From an uncultured Opitutaceae bacterium (GTDB lineage Bacteria; Verrucomicrobiota; Verrucomicrobiia; Opitutales; Opitutaceae), in assembly GCA_964477955.1 (NCBI GenBank), contig CAYZGG010000006.1:16179-80178 (forward strand): a stretch of DNA of 64,000 nucleotides. Direction: 5' to 3'. Of this stretch, positions 28,652-37,187 are shown piece by piece. The first letter of the stretch is position 1. Every line of letters begins with the position of its first letter. A program made the translations under genes and the position numbers. The notes under the pieces are model-generated. The model saw only the letters and a list, made by a program, of their open reading frames with translations, did not search any database and was not told the origin of the DNA.

Positions 28652-29638
28652 ATGGCCTCAGTTGTAATCGCCGGAGTCGGATCCTATACACCCGAACGTA
28701 TCGTAACCAACGACGATCTTTCCAAAACGGTTGATACCTCCGACGAATGGATTTTCAGCCGGTCGGGCATCAGGGAACGGCGCGTGGCCGCCCCCGACGA
28801 AGCCTGCTCGGACATGGCGATCCGGGCCGCCACCTCCGCCCTGGCCGACGCTCAGATCGCCGCCGCGGACATCGACCTGTTGATCGTCGCCACCTGCACG
28901 CCCGACTCCCCGCTGCCCTCGACCGCCTGCCTGGTGCAGCACAAGCTCGGCATTCCCCCGCACGCCACCTGCTTCGACATCTCCGCCGCTTGCTCCGGCT
29001 TTCTTTACGCCCTTGAAATCGCCTACGGGCAGCTGCTCACCAACCGTTACAAACGCGCCCTGATCATCGGCTCGGAAAAGCTCTCCTCGATCGTCGACTG
29101 GACCGATCGTTCCACCTGCGTGCTCTTCGGCGACGCCGCCGGCGCCGCCGTCCTGACCAAGGTCGAGCAATCGGGCGTGGGCATCATCGGCTCGGACCTC
29201 GGAGCGGACGGGGAGTTTGCCGACAACCTCTACATTCCCGCCGGGGGCAGCCGCCGACCGGCCAGCGCCGAAACGGTGGCCAGCAAGGCTCATTTCGTCC
29301 GGATGAACGGCCGGGAGGTCTTCAAAAGCGCCGTGCGGGTCATGGAAACGGTTTGCCGCGAGATGATGGAACAACACCAGCTGCAGCCTGACCAAATCAA
29401 CCTAGTGATCCCCCACCAGGCCAACATCCGCATCATCGAGGCCCTGTCCAGCAATCTCGGGATGCCGATGGAGAAATTCTTCGTCAACCTCAACCGCTAC
29501 GGCAACAGCTCCTCGGCCACCATTCCCCTCGCGCTCGACGAAGCCCGGCGGTCCGGCCGGATCAAGCCCGGCGATCTTACCCTCATGGTTGCCTTCGGTG
29601 CCGGCTTGACCTATGGCGCAGCTCTCGTTCGATGGTAG
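28652..29638 (+). CDS. fabH: Beta-ketoacyl-ACP synthase III
   Basis: AACSGF, LFGDAAGA, PHQAN, YGNSS and FGAGL motifs. Confidence 0.95.
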   Translation: MASVVIAGVGSYTPERIVTNDDLSKTVDTSDEWIFSRSGIRERRVAAPDEACSDMAIRAATSALADAQIAAADIDLLIVATCTPDSPLPSTACLVQHKLGIPPHATCFDISAACSGFLYALEIAYGQLLTNRYKRALIIGSEKLSSIVDWTDRSTCVLFGDAAGAAVLTKVEQSGVGIIGSDLGADGEFADNLYIPAGGSRRPASAETVASKAHFVRMNGREVFKSAVRVMETVCREMMEQHQLQPDQINLVIPHQANIRIIEALSSNLGMPMEKFFVNLNRYGNSSSATIPLALDEARRSGRIKPGDLTLMVAFGAGLTYGAALVRW

Positions 29639-29649
29639 CCCCCTCACTC

Positions 29650-30711
29650 ATGCGCCTGCGCTCCTTCTGTTTTCTCACGGTGGTCGTGACCACCCTCCTC
29701 GCGACCGTCCCGGTTCTCCGGGCCGATCTGGTCTGGACCCCCGGCACGGGCTGGCATGTGGAGGGCGGAGCCCTGAGCGCCCTGCCCAGCGAGGAAGGAA
29801 GGACTGCGCTCGACCTGATGAACAAAGCCCGTGAGGCGGAGGAAGGGGGCCACAATCACAGCGCGCTCAAACTCTACCAGAAAGTCATCAAGCGCTACGG
29901 CAACTCCGTCTATGCGTCCGAAGCTTTTTTCCGGGCCGGCCTGATTCTCCAGCACCGGAAGCAATATTCCAAGGCCATCCAGTACTACCAGGAACTGCTC
30001 CGCCTCTACCCCAACACCCAGAAGTTCAACCAGGTGATCGGCGAGCAGTACCGGATCGCCTCCACCCTGCTCGAAGGCGGCCGGCCCTATATCTGGGGCT
30101 TGTTTCCCGGTTTCAAGAACCGCGAAATGGGCGTGGAGGGCTTCCAACTGATCATCGCCAACGCCCCGTACAGCGACTACGCCCCGCTTTCCCTCATGAA
30201 CGTGGCCCGCGGTGAGCGCCGGCTCGGCAACACCGAGGAGGCGCTCGACGCCCTCGACCGCATGATCAACAATTATCCGAAGAGCACCCTCACCCCCGAC
30301 GCCTACCTCAAGCTGGCCGAGACCTACGGTTCCCTCGTCGAAGGCCCTTACTACGATCAAGCCTCCACCAAGGAGGCGATCACCTACTTTCAGGACTACC
30401 TGATCCTGTTCCCGGGCGATAGTGGCGCGGCCGATGCCGAAAAGGGCCTCGCCGCCATGAAAAAAATCCTGGCCCAGAGCAAAATGGTCATCGCCGATTT
30501 TTATTTCAAATATCGCAAGAATTATCAGGCCGCGAAAGTGTTCTACAACGAAGCCATCACCTCCTACCCCGATTCCGACGTGGCCGCCAAAGCCAAGGAA
30601 AAGCTGGTGAAGGTGAACGCCCTGCTGGAAAAGGAGCCGAAGCCGCCCGAGCCGGGCGCACCCGCCCCCGCCTCCGCACCCAAGAAGAAGAAGTTCTTCG
30701 GTCTTTTCTGA
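29650..30711 (+). CDS. bamD: BamD-like TPR outer membrane assembly protein
   Basis: Signal peptide, TPR helices ending YP.S, YDQ..T..A motif; next to lptE. Confidence 0.72.
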   Translation: MRLRSFCFLTVVVTTLLATVPVLRADLVWTPGTGWHVEGGALSALPSEEGRTALDLMNKAREAEEGGHNHSALKLYQKVIKRYGNSVYASEAFFRAGLILQHRKQYSKAIQYYQELLRLYPNTQKFNQVIGEQYRIASTLLEGGRPYIWGLFPGFKNREMGVEGFQLIIANAPYSDYAPLSLMNVARGERRLGNTEEALDALDRMINNYPKSTLTPDAYLKLAETYGSLVEGPYYDQASTKEAITYFQDYLILFPGDSGAADAEKGLAAMKKILAQSKMVIADFYFKYRKNYQAAKVFYNEAITSYPDSDVAAKAKEKLVKVNALLEKEPKPPEPGAPAPASAPKKKKFFGLF

Positions 30712-30752
30712 GCGCGCCCCCACCCGCGGACCCCGCGCGCCTTGGAACCCGC

Positions 30753-31265
30753 ATGAAACGTTTCGGCCTGACCCTGGCTCTCGGCGGTCTGCTTTTCGGC
30801 CTCGTGGCCTGCGCCCACTACCGGCTCGGCACCGGGACCCAGCCGCGGTTTTCCCGCCTCTACATCGCCCCGGTGAACTCCGACGCCCTCGTGCCCCAAG
30901 CCCAGGCCCTGGTCTCGATTCAGCTCCGTGAAGCCTTCCTGAAGGATGGCCGGGTCACTCTCGCCGACTCGGCCGACAGCGCGGACGCCGTGTTGAAAGT
31001 CACCCTCACCAATTACCGGCGCGAGGCCGTCGTGGCCCTGACCAGCGATACGAGCCTCGCCCGGCGCTTCGATGTCACCCTGACCGCGAAGGCCACGCTC
31101 ACGCTCTCCGCCGGGGCCGCACCTGCGTTTGCCGACCGCCCACTCGTGGCCACCCGCGGAGTCTTCACCGACAGCGGCCAGCAACAGGCGGAATATCAAA
31201 ACCTGCCGCTGCTCGCCGAGATTCTCGCCGGCCAGGCCGTCCACGCCACTCTGGACACCTGGTGA
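30753..31265 (+). CDS. lptE: LptE-family lipoprotein
   Basis: Lipobox LVA-C followed by HYRLG; ADAVLKVTL. Confidence 0.72.
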   Translation: MKRFGLTLALGGLLFGLVACAHYRLGTGTQPRFSRLYIAPVNSDALVPQAQALVSIQLREAFLKDGRVTLADSADSADAVLKVTLTNYRREAVVALTSDTSLARRFDVTLTAKATLTLSAGAAPAFADRPLVATRGVFTDSGQQQAEYQNLPLLAEILAGQAVHATLDTW

Positions 31266-31381
31266 CGCAGCGCGCCGGCCTGGTTTGGCCCCGACAATCC
31301 CGGCCCGGCCGGTCGACTCCCATCACGCGCGAAACAAAGATTGAGCCCGGCCCCGGGTCCGTGCTGCACTCCTGACGGCTC

Positions 31382-32041
31382 ATGTCGCACCCTCCCCTCC
31401 TCGTCCCGTCTCTTCTCGCTGGCGACCACGCGCATCTGGCGGACAGCGCCCAGGCGGTTTCTGCGCTCGGACTGCCCTGGCTGCACGTCGACATCATGGA
31501 CGGCCATTTCGTGCCGAACCTGTCTTTTGGCCCCGAGACCCTGGCCGCTTTGCGTCGCGCCGGCTCCCGGCTTTTCCTCGACACCCATCTCATGCTGGCG
31601 GAGCCGCATCGCTACGTCGAATCCTTCGCCAAGGCCGGCGCGAGTTCCCTGAGTATTCACATCGAGCCCGCCTACGACCACGCCGGCACACTCGCCCGCA
31701 TCCGGTCACTTGGCTGCCGGTGCGGCATTGTTTTGAATCCCGGCACGCCGGTCGAAGCCGTCGTTCCGCTGCTCGACCAGGTCGATCTTGTGCTCGTGAT
31801 GACGGTGCAGCCCGGATTCGGCGGGCAACCCTTCCGCCGGGACATGCTCCTCAAACTCCAGCAGCTGGACCGCTGGCGCCGGGAACGCGGTCTGCAATTC
31901 CGCCTCGAGGTCGACGGCGGCATCGACCGGGAAAACGCCGTCGAATGCCGGGCCGCCGGCGCTGACACCTTTGTCGCCGGCACCTCGTTCTTCAAGGCCG
32001 CCGATCAGCCAGCCTTCGCCGCCGCCTTCAGCCGGATGTGA
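31382..32041 (+). CDS. rpe: Ribulose-phosphate 3-epimerase
   Basis: HVDIMDGHFVPN, DTHLM, MTVQPGFGGQ and EVDGGI motifs. Confidence 0.95.
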   Translation: MSHPPLLVPSLLAGDHAHLADSAQAVSALGLPWLHVDIMDGHFVPNLSFGPETLAALRRAGSRLFLDTHLMLAEPHRYVESFAKAGASSLSIHIEPAYDHAGTLARIRSLGCRCGIVLNPGTPVEAVVPLLDQVDLVLVMTVQPGFGGQPFRRDMLLKLQQLDRWRRERGLQFRLEVDGGIDRENAVECRAAGADTFVAGTSFFKAADQPAFAAAFSRM

Positions 32042-32069
32042 ACGCCCCGCGCAGGCGCTCCAATGGGGC

Positions 32070-32201
32070 TCGTGCAGTTGGGCCTGATTTTCCTGCGAAC
32101 TTGTTCTCACGGAAGGTGGAGCCCGACCTCCGGGCGGGCTGATGCAGCCACGCAAAGCAAACCGGCCCGGAGTTCCGGTTCCACCTCATTGCAACTGCCG
32201 A
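32070..32201. mobile_element. MITE-like element, copy 2
   Basis: Reverse-complement homologue of 18749-18881; GCAGTTG / CAACTGC ends. Confidence 0.7.
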
Positions 32202-32233
32202 TCCCGGTTCAGGCCTTGGGTGAAGGACCGCGT

Positions 32234-32749
32234 TCAGCGCAACGTCCAGAGCCAGGCACCGAGATGCAGCGTCGCACACGCCGCCAGTGCAGCCGCAAAA
32301 TCATCCACCATGATTCCCCACCCACCCGGCCAGGACTGCAGCCGGGCGATCCCCAGCGGCTTGAGAATATCATAAAACCGGAAAAGGCCGAAGCCGGCCA
32401 GCGCGACCACCCATTCGGGGTGCGCGCCCAGGTGCCCGTGATGCCAGCCGAGAAAAACCAGGGGCATCACCACAAACTCGTCGAGATTCACCTCGCCCGG
32501 ATCGGTCCGCCCCATCAGGCGCTCGGCCTCACCGGTGAACCCCACCGCGACGTAGCCGACTAACAGAGTGATTACGCAGGTCTCCAGCCAGCTGGTGTGC
32601 CGGAAGAAAAGCAGCGTGTACAGCAGGCCGGCGAGGGACCCCCAGGTGCCCGGAGCGGGCAGCCGCCGGCCGAGCGGTCCGAGCGTGGCCACGTTCAGGA
32701 CGAATTTCGCCGGCAATCGCCGCGGCCAGCGGGGTTCAGGCAGACGCAT
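32234..32749 (-). CDS. pgpA: Phosphatidylglycerophosphatase A
   Basis: APGTWGS, DPGEVNLDE, FRFYDILKP and GGWGIMVDD motifs. Confidence 0.92.
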   Translation of the reverse strand: MRLPEPRWPRRLPAKFVLNVATLGPLGRRLPAPGTWGSLAGLLYTLLFFRHTSWLETCVITLLVGYVAVGFTGEAERLMGRTDPGEVNLDEFVVMPLVFLGWHHGHLGAHPEWVVALAGFGLFRFYDILKPLGIARLQSWPGGWGIMVDDFAAALAACATLHLGAWLWTLR

Positions 32750-32754
32750 GGCGC

Positions 32755-33357
32755 TCACTCCAGCACCGCATGCCCGTGGCGGCGGAAATACGAAAGCCCC
32801 GATGTAATCGTCAGTACGGCCGCGAGCACATACAGACCCATCCCAACATGCTGGATCCCGGCAATCATCCACTGGTCATTCCGCGGAAACAGGTCGCCAA
32901 AATCCGCGCCCATCATGCGGGCGCCCATCAGCCAGCCAATCGCATTCAACTGCACAAACGTCTTCACCTTCCCGCCGAGGTCCGCCTCGACCACCAGGCC
33001 TTTCGTCGCCGCCGCCATCCGGAGCCCGGAGATGAAAAATTCCCGGCCGAGGATGCAGAGCAGCAGCAGCAGGGCGACCCGTTCATAACCCATGAAATAG
33101 TCGCCCACCACGAGCGCGATCATCAGACCAATCACCATCACCTTGTCGATCACCGCATCCATGAACCGGCCGAACGACGACACCTGGTTGGCCCGCCGCG
33201 CGAGCAACCCGTCCAGCCAGTCCGTCAGCGCCGCCGCAATGAACAGCCAGAAACCCACCGTCGCCGCCCCGTGAAACGCACTGTTCATCAGCCAGACGAT
33301 CACGAACATGGCGGGCACACGCGATATCGTCAGCACATTGGGCAGGGTGAAACGCAT
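32755..33357 (-). CDS. pgsA: CDP-alcohol phosphatidyltransferase
   Basis: LPNVLTISR and TDWLDGLLARR..FGRFMD..DK motifs. Confidence 0.9.
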   Translation of the reverse strand: MRFTLPNVLTISRVPAMFVIVWLMNSAFHGAATVGFWLFIAAALTDWLDGLLARRANQVSSFGRFMDAVIDKVMVIGLMIALVVGDYFMGYERVALLLLLCILGREFFISGLRMAAATKGLVVEADLGGKVKTFVQLNAIGWLMGARMMGADFGDLFPRNDQWMIAGIQHVGMGLYVLAAVLTITSGLSYFRRHGHAVLE

Positions 33358-33464
33358 CGCGGTCAGTCGAGCCGTCCGCTGCGGGATTGGCAATCCCCGA
33401 GATAAATCCGCGAAAAGTTCCTCGCCATCGGTGCGCACCTGCCCTTCGCTGGACCGTGGCCGCA

Positions 33465-33947
33465 ATGAAACATTGCATCTATCCCGGCACTTTCGATCCG
33501 TTCACCAACGGCCATCTCGACGTCCTGCAGCGCGCCGCCCGTCTCTTCGAGCGGGTCACCGTGGCCGTGGCCGTCCGTTCGACCAAGGACCCCCTGTTCA
33601 CTCCCGAACAGCGGGTGGACCTGATCCGGGCCAGCTTGGGCGGGCTGCCGGGTGTCCAGGCCGTCAGTTTCGACGGCCTGCTGGTCGAATTCGCCCAGCA
33701 GCAGCAGGCCCACGCCATCATCCGCGGCCTGCGCGCCCTCTCGGATTTCGAATTCGAGTTCAACATGGCCTTGATGAACCGCCACCTCAACCCGCAGGTG
33801 GAAACGATCTTCGTGATGCCCAACGAGGCTTACAGCTACACGAGCTCCAGTCTGATCAAGCAGATCGCGAGGCTCGGCGGCGACGTATCCAAATTCGTCC
33901 CGCCCCAGGTTGCCCGCGCCCTGGCCGCGGCGCTGGGCCGGCCCTAG
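33465..33947 (+). CDS. coaD: Pantetheine-phosphate adenylyltransferase
   Basis: YPGTFDPFTNGH, RGLR..SDFEFE and SSS motifs. Confidence 0.96.
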   Translation: MKHCIYPGTFDPFTNGHLDVLQRAARLFERVTVAVAVRSTKDPLFTPEQRVDLIRASLGGLPGVQAVSFDGLLVEFAQQQQAHAIIRGLRALSDFEFEFNMALMNRHLNPQVETIFVMPNEAYSYTSSSLIKQIARLGGDVSKFVPPQVARALAAALGRP

Positions 33948-34136
33948 CCCGACCGCTTCCTCCCTCGCGAGGAGGACGGCGTGCCGCGACGCCCTCCGGC
34001 GCTCCCGGCCGCGCGCCGCCGCCGCCAAACGGGCCGGCGACAAACTGTTACGAAACGCCGTTTGCGCCAGCCTGGTTCGTTGTTATTTTGAAATCATCTT
34101 CTGCTGCCGGCGTCTTAAACTTAAACCCGATTGCCC

Positions 34137-34712
34137 ATGAACTCATCCCTCATCTTTCGTTTCGCTCTCGGAATTTTCGCGGTTTCCGCTCTTTCGACTC
34201 ACACCAGGGCCGACGACTCCGCACCGGCTGGAGCAACCTCCCCCTCGGACCGGCTTTACGTCACCGTCGAAACTTCCAACGAGGTGGCGTTTGACCGCTA
34301 CCGCTGGTCGACCGAGACCGGCGCCGACCTGGTGATTCCAACCTTGAAGGCCAAGGCCGTTCCCGAGGCGAGGGCCGCCGGCTTCACGGGCGAGATCGTC
34401 GTGCTGGACGAAAACACCCCGGCCCCGCCGAACGCCCGTGTCCTACGGCTGACTTGGTCACCCGCCGGGCACCGCCATGACATGACAATCCAGGTCGAGT
34501 ATCTGCTCAACGCCAAGGCGCATGCGAAATTCCTCGGGGTGGTCAGCCGTCAGAATCTGAGGAACAGCCGGGAATACGAGGAATTCGCCGACAAATTGAT
34601 GCTGCCAAAGTTTGTCCCGGACAAACGCGATGCCATCGAGGCGGCGAAAATTGCCTACGGCCTGTACTTCGGGCTCGAAAGCATCGTCAAGTTGCCGGCC
34701 TCGGCTAGGTAG
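34137..34712 (+). CDS. Hypothetical secreted protein
   Basis: Signal peptide (TRA-DD); native codon bias. Confidence 0.7.
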   Translation: MNSSLIFRFALGIFAVSALSTHTRADDSAPAGATSPSDRLYVTVETSNEVAFDRYRWSTETGADLVIPTLKAKAVPEARAAGFTGEIVVLDENTPAPPNARVLRLTWSPAGHRHDMTIQVEYLLNAKAHAKFLGVVSRQNLRNSREYEEFADKLMLPKFVPDKRDAIEAAKIAYGLYFGLESIVKLPASAR

Positions 34713-34829
34713 TCCGGGCCGACACGGCTTGGTAGATTGCGTGTTTGCCGCGCAACAAGAAGTGCCGTGACCAACCCACCACCTGCCGGGTGAGCCTGGC
34801 AACTGCAAGGGTTTGGCCAAGTCAATCCG

Positions 34830-34970
34830 TCCCAATTACGGGAATCGTGGTTCCCAACAGCGACGGGAAAACCCATTTCAGTACTACAGTAAAAACTTAC
34901 GAGATACTTTGTAATTATAGAAACAGTAGTGTTTTATGAATACATTTCGCTGGTTGGCATGCCCGGTGCA
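34830..34970 (+). promoter_or_regulatory. Sigma-54 (-24/-12) promoter with candidate upstream activator sites
   Basis: TGGCAT-N5-GTGCA at 34955-34970 (GG-N10-GC); palindromes TCCC-N6-GGGA (34830) and TTCCC-N9-GGGAA (34851). Confidence 0.65.
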
Positions 34971-35001
34971 AATAAGGAAGGCAAACCCACTCCTGATCAT
35001 C

Positions 35002-35298
35002 ATGAAACATCTCAAGACCTTTTCCCTTCTCCTCGCCGCCGGCCTCGCCGGTGTCGCTCTGGTCAAGCTCGGCAGCTCCTCTTTCGCGGCCAGCTTCCCC
35101 AGCGGCAAGCTCGCCGTCGTCGCCGTCAGCGCCGCCCTGATCGGCTTCGCCGCCTACGACTATTCCCGCCAGGCCAAGAAGCTCGCACTGAAATCGCGCG
35201 CAGTTTTGCGCCCGACGCTGCCCGCGGACGACGCCACCTGCCCGCCCGCCCCGCGCGTTCGCCGCGTCTCCGCCATCGTCGAGCGCAATGCCGCCTGA
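35002..35298 (+). CDS. Small hypothetical membrane protein
   Basis: Two hydrophobic segments, AYDY motif, basic tail; strong native codon bias. Confidence 0.7.
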   Translation: MKHLKTFSLLLAAGLAGVALVKLGSSSFAASFPSGKLAVVAVSAALIGFAAYDYSRQAKKLALKSRAVLRPTLPADDATCPPAPRVRRVSAIVERNAA

Positions 35299-35398
35299 GC
35301 CGGTCCTCGGCCGCCCCGCTCCACCTGGCGCGAACGGGGCAGCTCCTACCCGCCGCGCAACCTTGACACCTCCCCGCCCCCGCCAGTCACTCAACTAA

Positions 35399-36766
35399 AT
35401 GGCCGCCAACGATCCCGCCCCCCATCGTATTCTGGTGGCAGACGACCAGCCCGATGTCCTCGAAGCCCTCCGGCTGCTGCTCAAAGGTGAGGGTTACCTG
35501 ATCGACACCGCCAAGTCTCCCAATTCCGTGATGAAGGCGGTCGAACAGCGCGACTACGCGCTCGCCATCATCGATCTCAACTACGCCCGCGATACCACCT
35601 CCGGTCAGGAAGGACTCGAGCTGCTGGGCAAATTGCAGGGCGCGGATCCGACCCTGCCCGTCGTCGTCATGACCGCTTGGGCGAGCGTCGAGGTCGCCGT
35701 CGAGGCGATGCGCCGCGGCGCCAAGGATTTCGTGACCAAGCCCTGGGAAAATCCGCGGCTGCTCTCCATCGTCAAAAACCAGATCGAGCTGGCCAGCGCC
35801 GTGCGCGCCTTTCAGCGGCTCGAACAGGAAAACCAGATCCTCCGCGGCAAGGGCGGCCCGACGCTCATCGCCCAGTCCGCCGCCATGCGACCCGTGCTCG
35901 AGGTCATCGCGCGCGTCGGCCCGTCCGACGCCAACATCCTGCTCACGGGCGAAAACGGCACCGGCAAGGGCGTCGTCGCCCAGGCGCTGCACGCCGTCTC
36001 CGTCCGCGCCGGCAAGCCTTTCATCTCCGTCAACATGGGCGGCCTGCCGGAGGGCGTCTTCGAAAGCGAACTCTTCGGCCACGTGCGCGGCGCGTTCACC
36101 GACGCCAAAACCGACCGCGCCGGCCGCTTCGAACTCGCCGACGGGGGCACCCTGTTCATGGACGAGATCGGCAACATCCCGATGAGCCAGCAGGCGAAAA
36201 TCCTGCGCGTCCTCGAAACCGGCGAACTCGAACGCGTCGGCTCCTCCCGCACCTACCGCGTCAACGTCCGCCTCGTCTCCGCCACCAACGCCGACCTGCC
36301 GGCCGAGGTCGCCGCCGGAAAATTCCGCCAGGATCTGCTGTTCCGGCTCAACACGATTCACATCCATCTGCCGCCCCTGCGCGAGCGCCGCGAGGACATC
36401 GCGCTGCTCGCCCAGCATTTCTTGAAGGGCCACGTCGAACGCTACCGGAAACCCATCACGGGTTTCGACGATGCCGCGGTGGAGGCGATGAAGAACTACG
36501 CCTGGCCGGGCAACGTCCGCGAACTCGACCACGCCGTCGAACGCGGCGTGCTGATGACCCAGGGCAAGGTGGTGCGCGCGCCGGACCTCGGCCTCAACGC
36601 CGGCCAGGCCGCCCCGCGGCTCGAGGACATGAGCCTGGAAGAGGTCGAGGGATTTCTCATCCGCAAGACCCTCGCCCGCTGCGAAGGCAACGCGCGCAAG
36701 GCCGCCGAACAACTCGGCCTCAGCCGCAGCGCGTTCTACCGACGGTTGGAGCGGTATGGCTTGTAG
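35399..36766 (+). CDS. Sigma-54-dependent response regulator (NtrC family)
   Basis: Receiver domain, GENGTGK, ESELFGH..GAFTDA, WPGNVREL, Fis-type HTH. Confidence 0.93.
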   Translation: MAANDPAPHRILVADDQPDVLEALRLLLKGEGYLIDTAKSPNSVMKAVEQRDYALAIIDLNYARDTTSGQEGLELLGKLQGADPTLPVVVMTAWASVEVAVEAMRRGAKDFVTKPWENPRLLSIVKNQIELASAVRAFQRLEQENQILRGKGGPTLIAQSAAMRPVLEVIARVGPSDANILLTGENGTGKGVVAQALHAVSVRAGKPFISVNMGGLPEGVFESELFGHVRGAFTDAKTDRAGRFELADGGTLFMDEIGNIPMSQQAKILRVLETGELERVGSSRTYRVNVRLVSATNADLPAEVAAGKFRQDLLFRLNTIHIHLPPLRERREDIALLAQHFLKGHVERYRKPITGFDDAAVEAMKNYAWPGNVRELDHAVERGVLMTQGKVVRAPDLGLNAGQAAPRLEDMSLEEVEGFLIRKTLARCEGNARKAAEQLGLSRSAFYRRLERYGL

Positions 36767-36800
36767 CAGTCGGCTTTCAGCGGTTAGCTGTCAGCCAACC
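36766..36800. repeat. Left heptamer tract (GCNNTCA) flanking the four-helix-bundle gene
   Basis: gcagtcg gctttca gcggtta gctgtca; inverted match to 37161-37183. Confidence 0.75.
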
Positions 36801-36813
36801 AACCGCCCTAGCT

Positions 36814-37179
36814 TTGAAAGACTATCGCCAATTGAAGGTCTGGCAACGCAGCCACCAGGTCGTGCTTTCGGTCTATGCTGCCACAAAGAATTTCCCCAAA
36901 GAGGAGCTCTACGGGCTGACCTCCCAGTTGCGCCGCGCAGCCGCGTCCGTTCCAGCAAATCTCGCCGAGGGTTGCGGGCGGGACAGCGAGGCGGAATTGA
37001 AACGCTTTCTTGATATCGCTCACGGCTCGGCGGCTGAGCTGGATTATCATTTGCTGCTGGCCCGCGAATCGAGCTATCTGGGCGCACTGCAACATGAGCA
37101 GATCGCCGCCGAACTTTCGGAGATCAAACGCATGTTGGGGGCGTTTTCCCGGAGGCGAAGGCTGACCGCTGAAAGCTGA
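36814..37179 (+). CDS. Four-helix-bundle protein (23S rRNA intervening-sequence protein family)
   Basis: DYRQLKVWQRS, FPKEELYGLTSQLRRAAASVPANLAEG, FLDIAHGSAAE; TTG start; hidden at the end of ORF 35677..37179. Confidence 0.92.
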   Translation: MKDYRQLKVWQRSHQVVLSVYAATKNFPKEELYGLTSQLRRAAASVPANLAEGCGRDSEAELKRFLDIAHGSAAELDYHLLLARESSYLGALQHEQIAAELSEIKRMLGAFSRRRRLTAES

Positions 37180-37183
37180 CCGC
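37161..37183. repeat. Right heptamer tract
   Basis: gctgacc gctgaaa gctgacc gc; contains the gene's TGA. Confidence 0.75.
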
Positions 37184-37187
37184 CCGA

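Noticed and set aside
35677..36813. Frameshift fusion between the regulator region and the four-helix-bundle protein
   Set aside because: The regulator ends normally at 36766, and the upstream frame is GC-rich noise with no slippery site seen.
36814..37179. Diversity-generating retroelement
   Set aside because: There is no reverse transcriptase or template/variable repeat pair in the window; the lpdA tail differences are synonymous and not adenine-specific.
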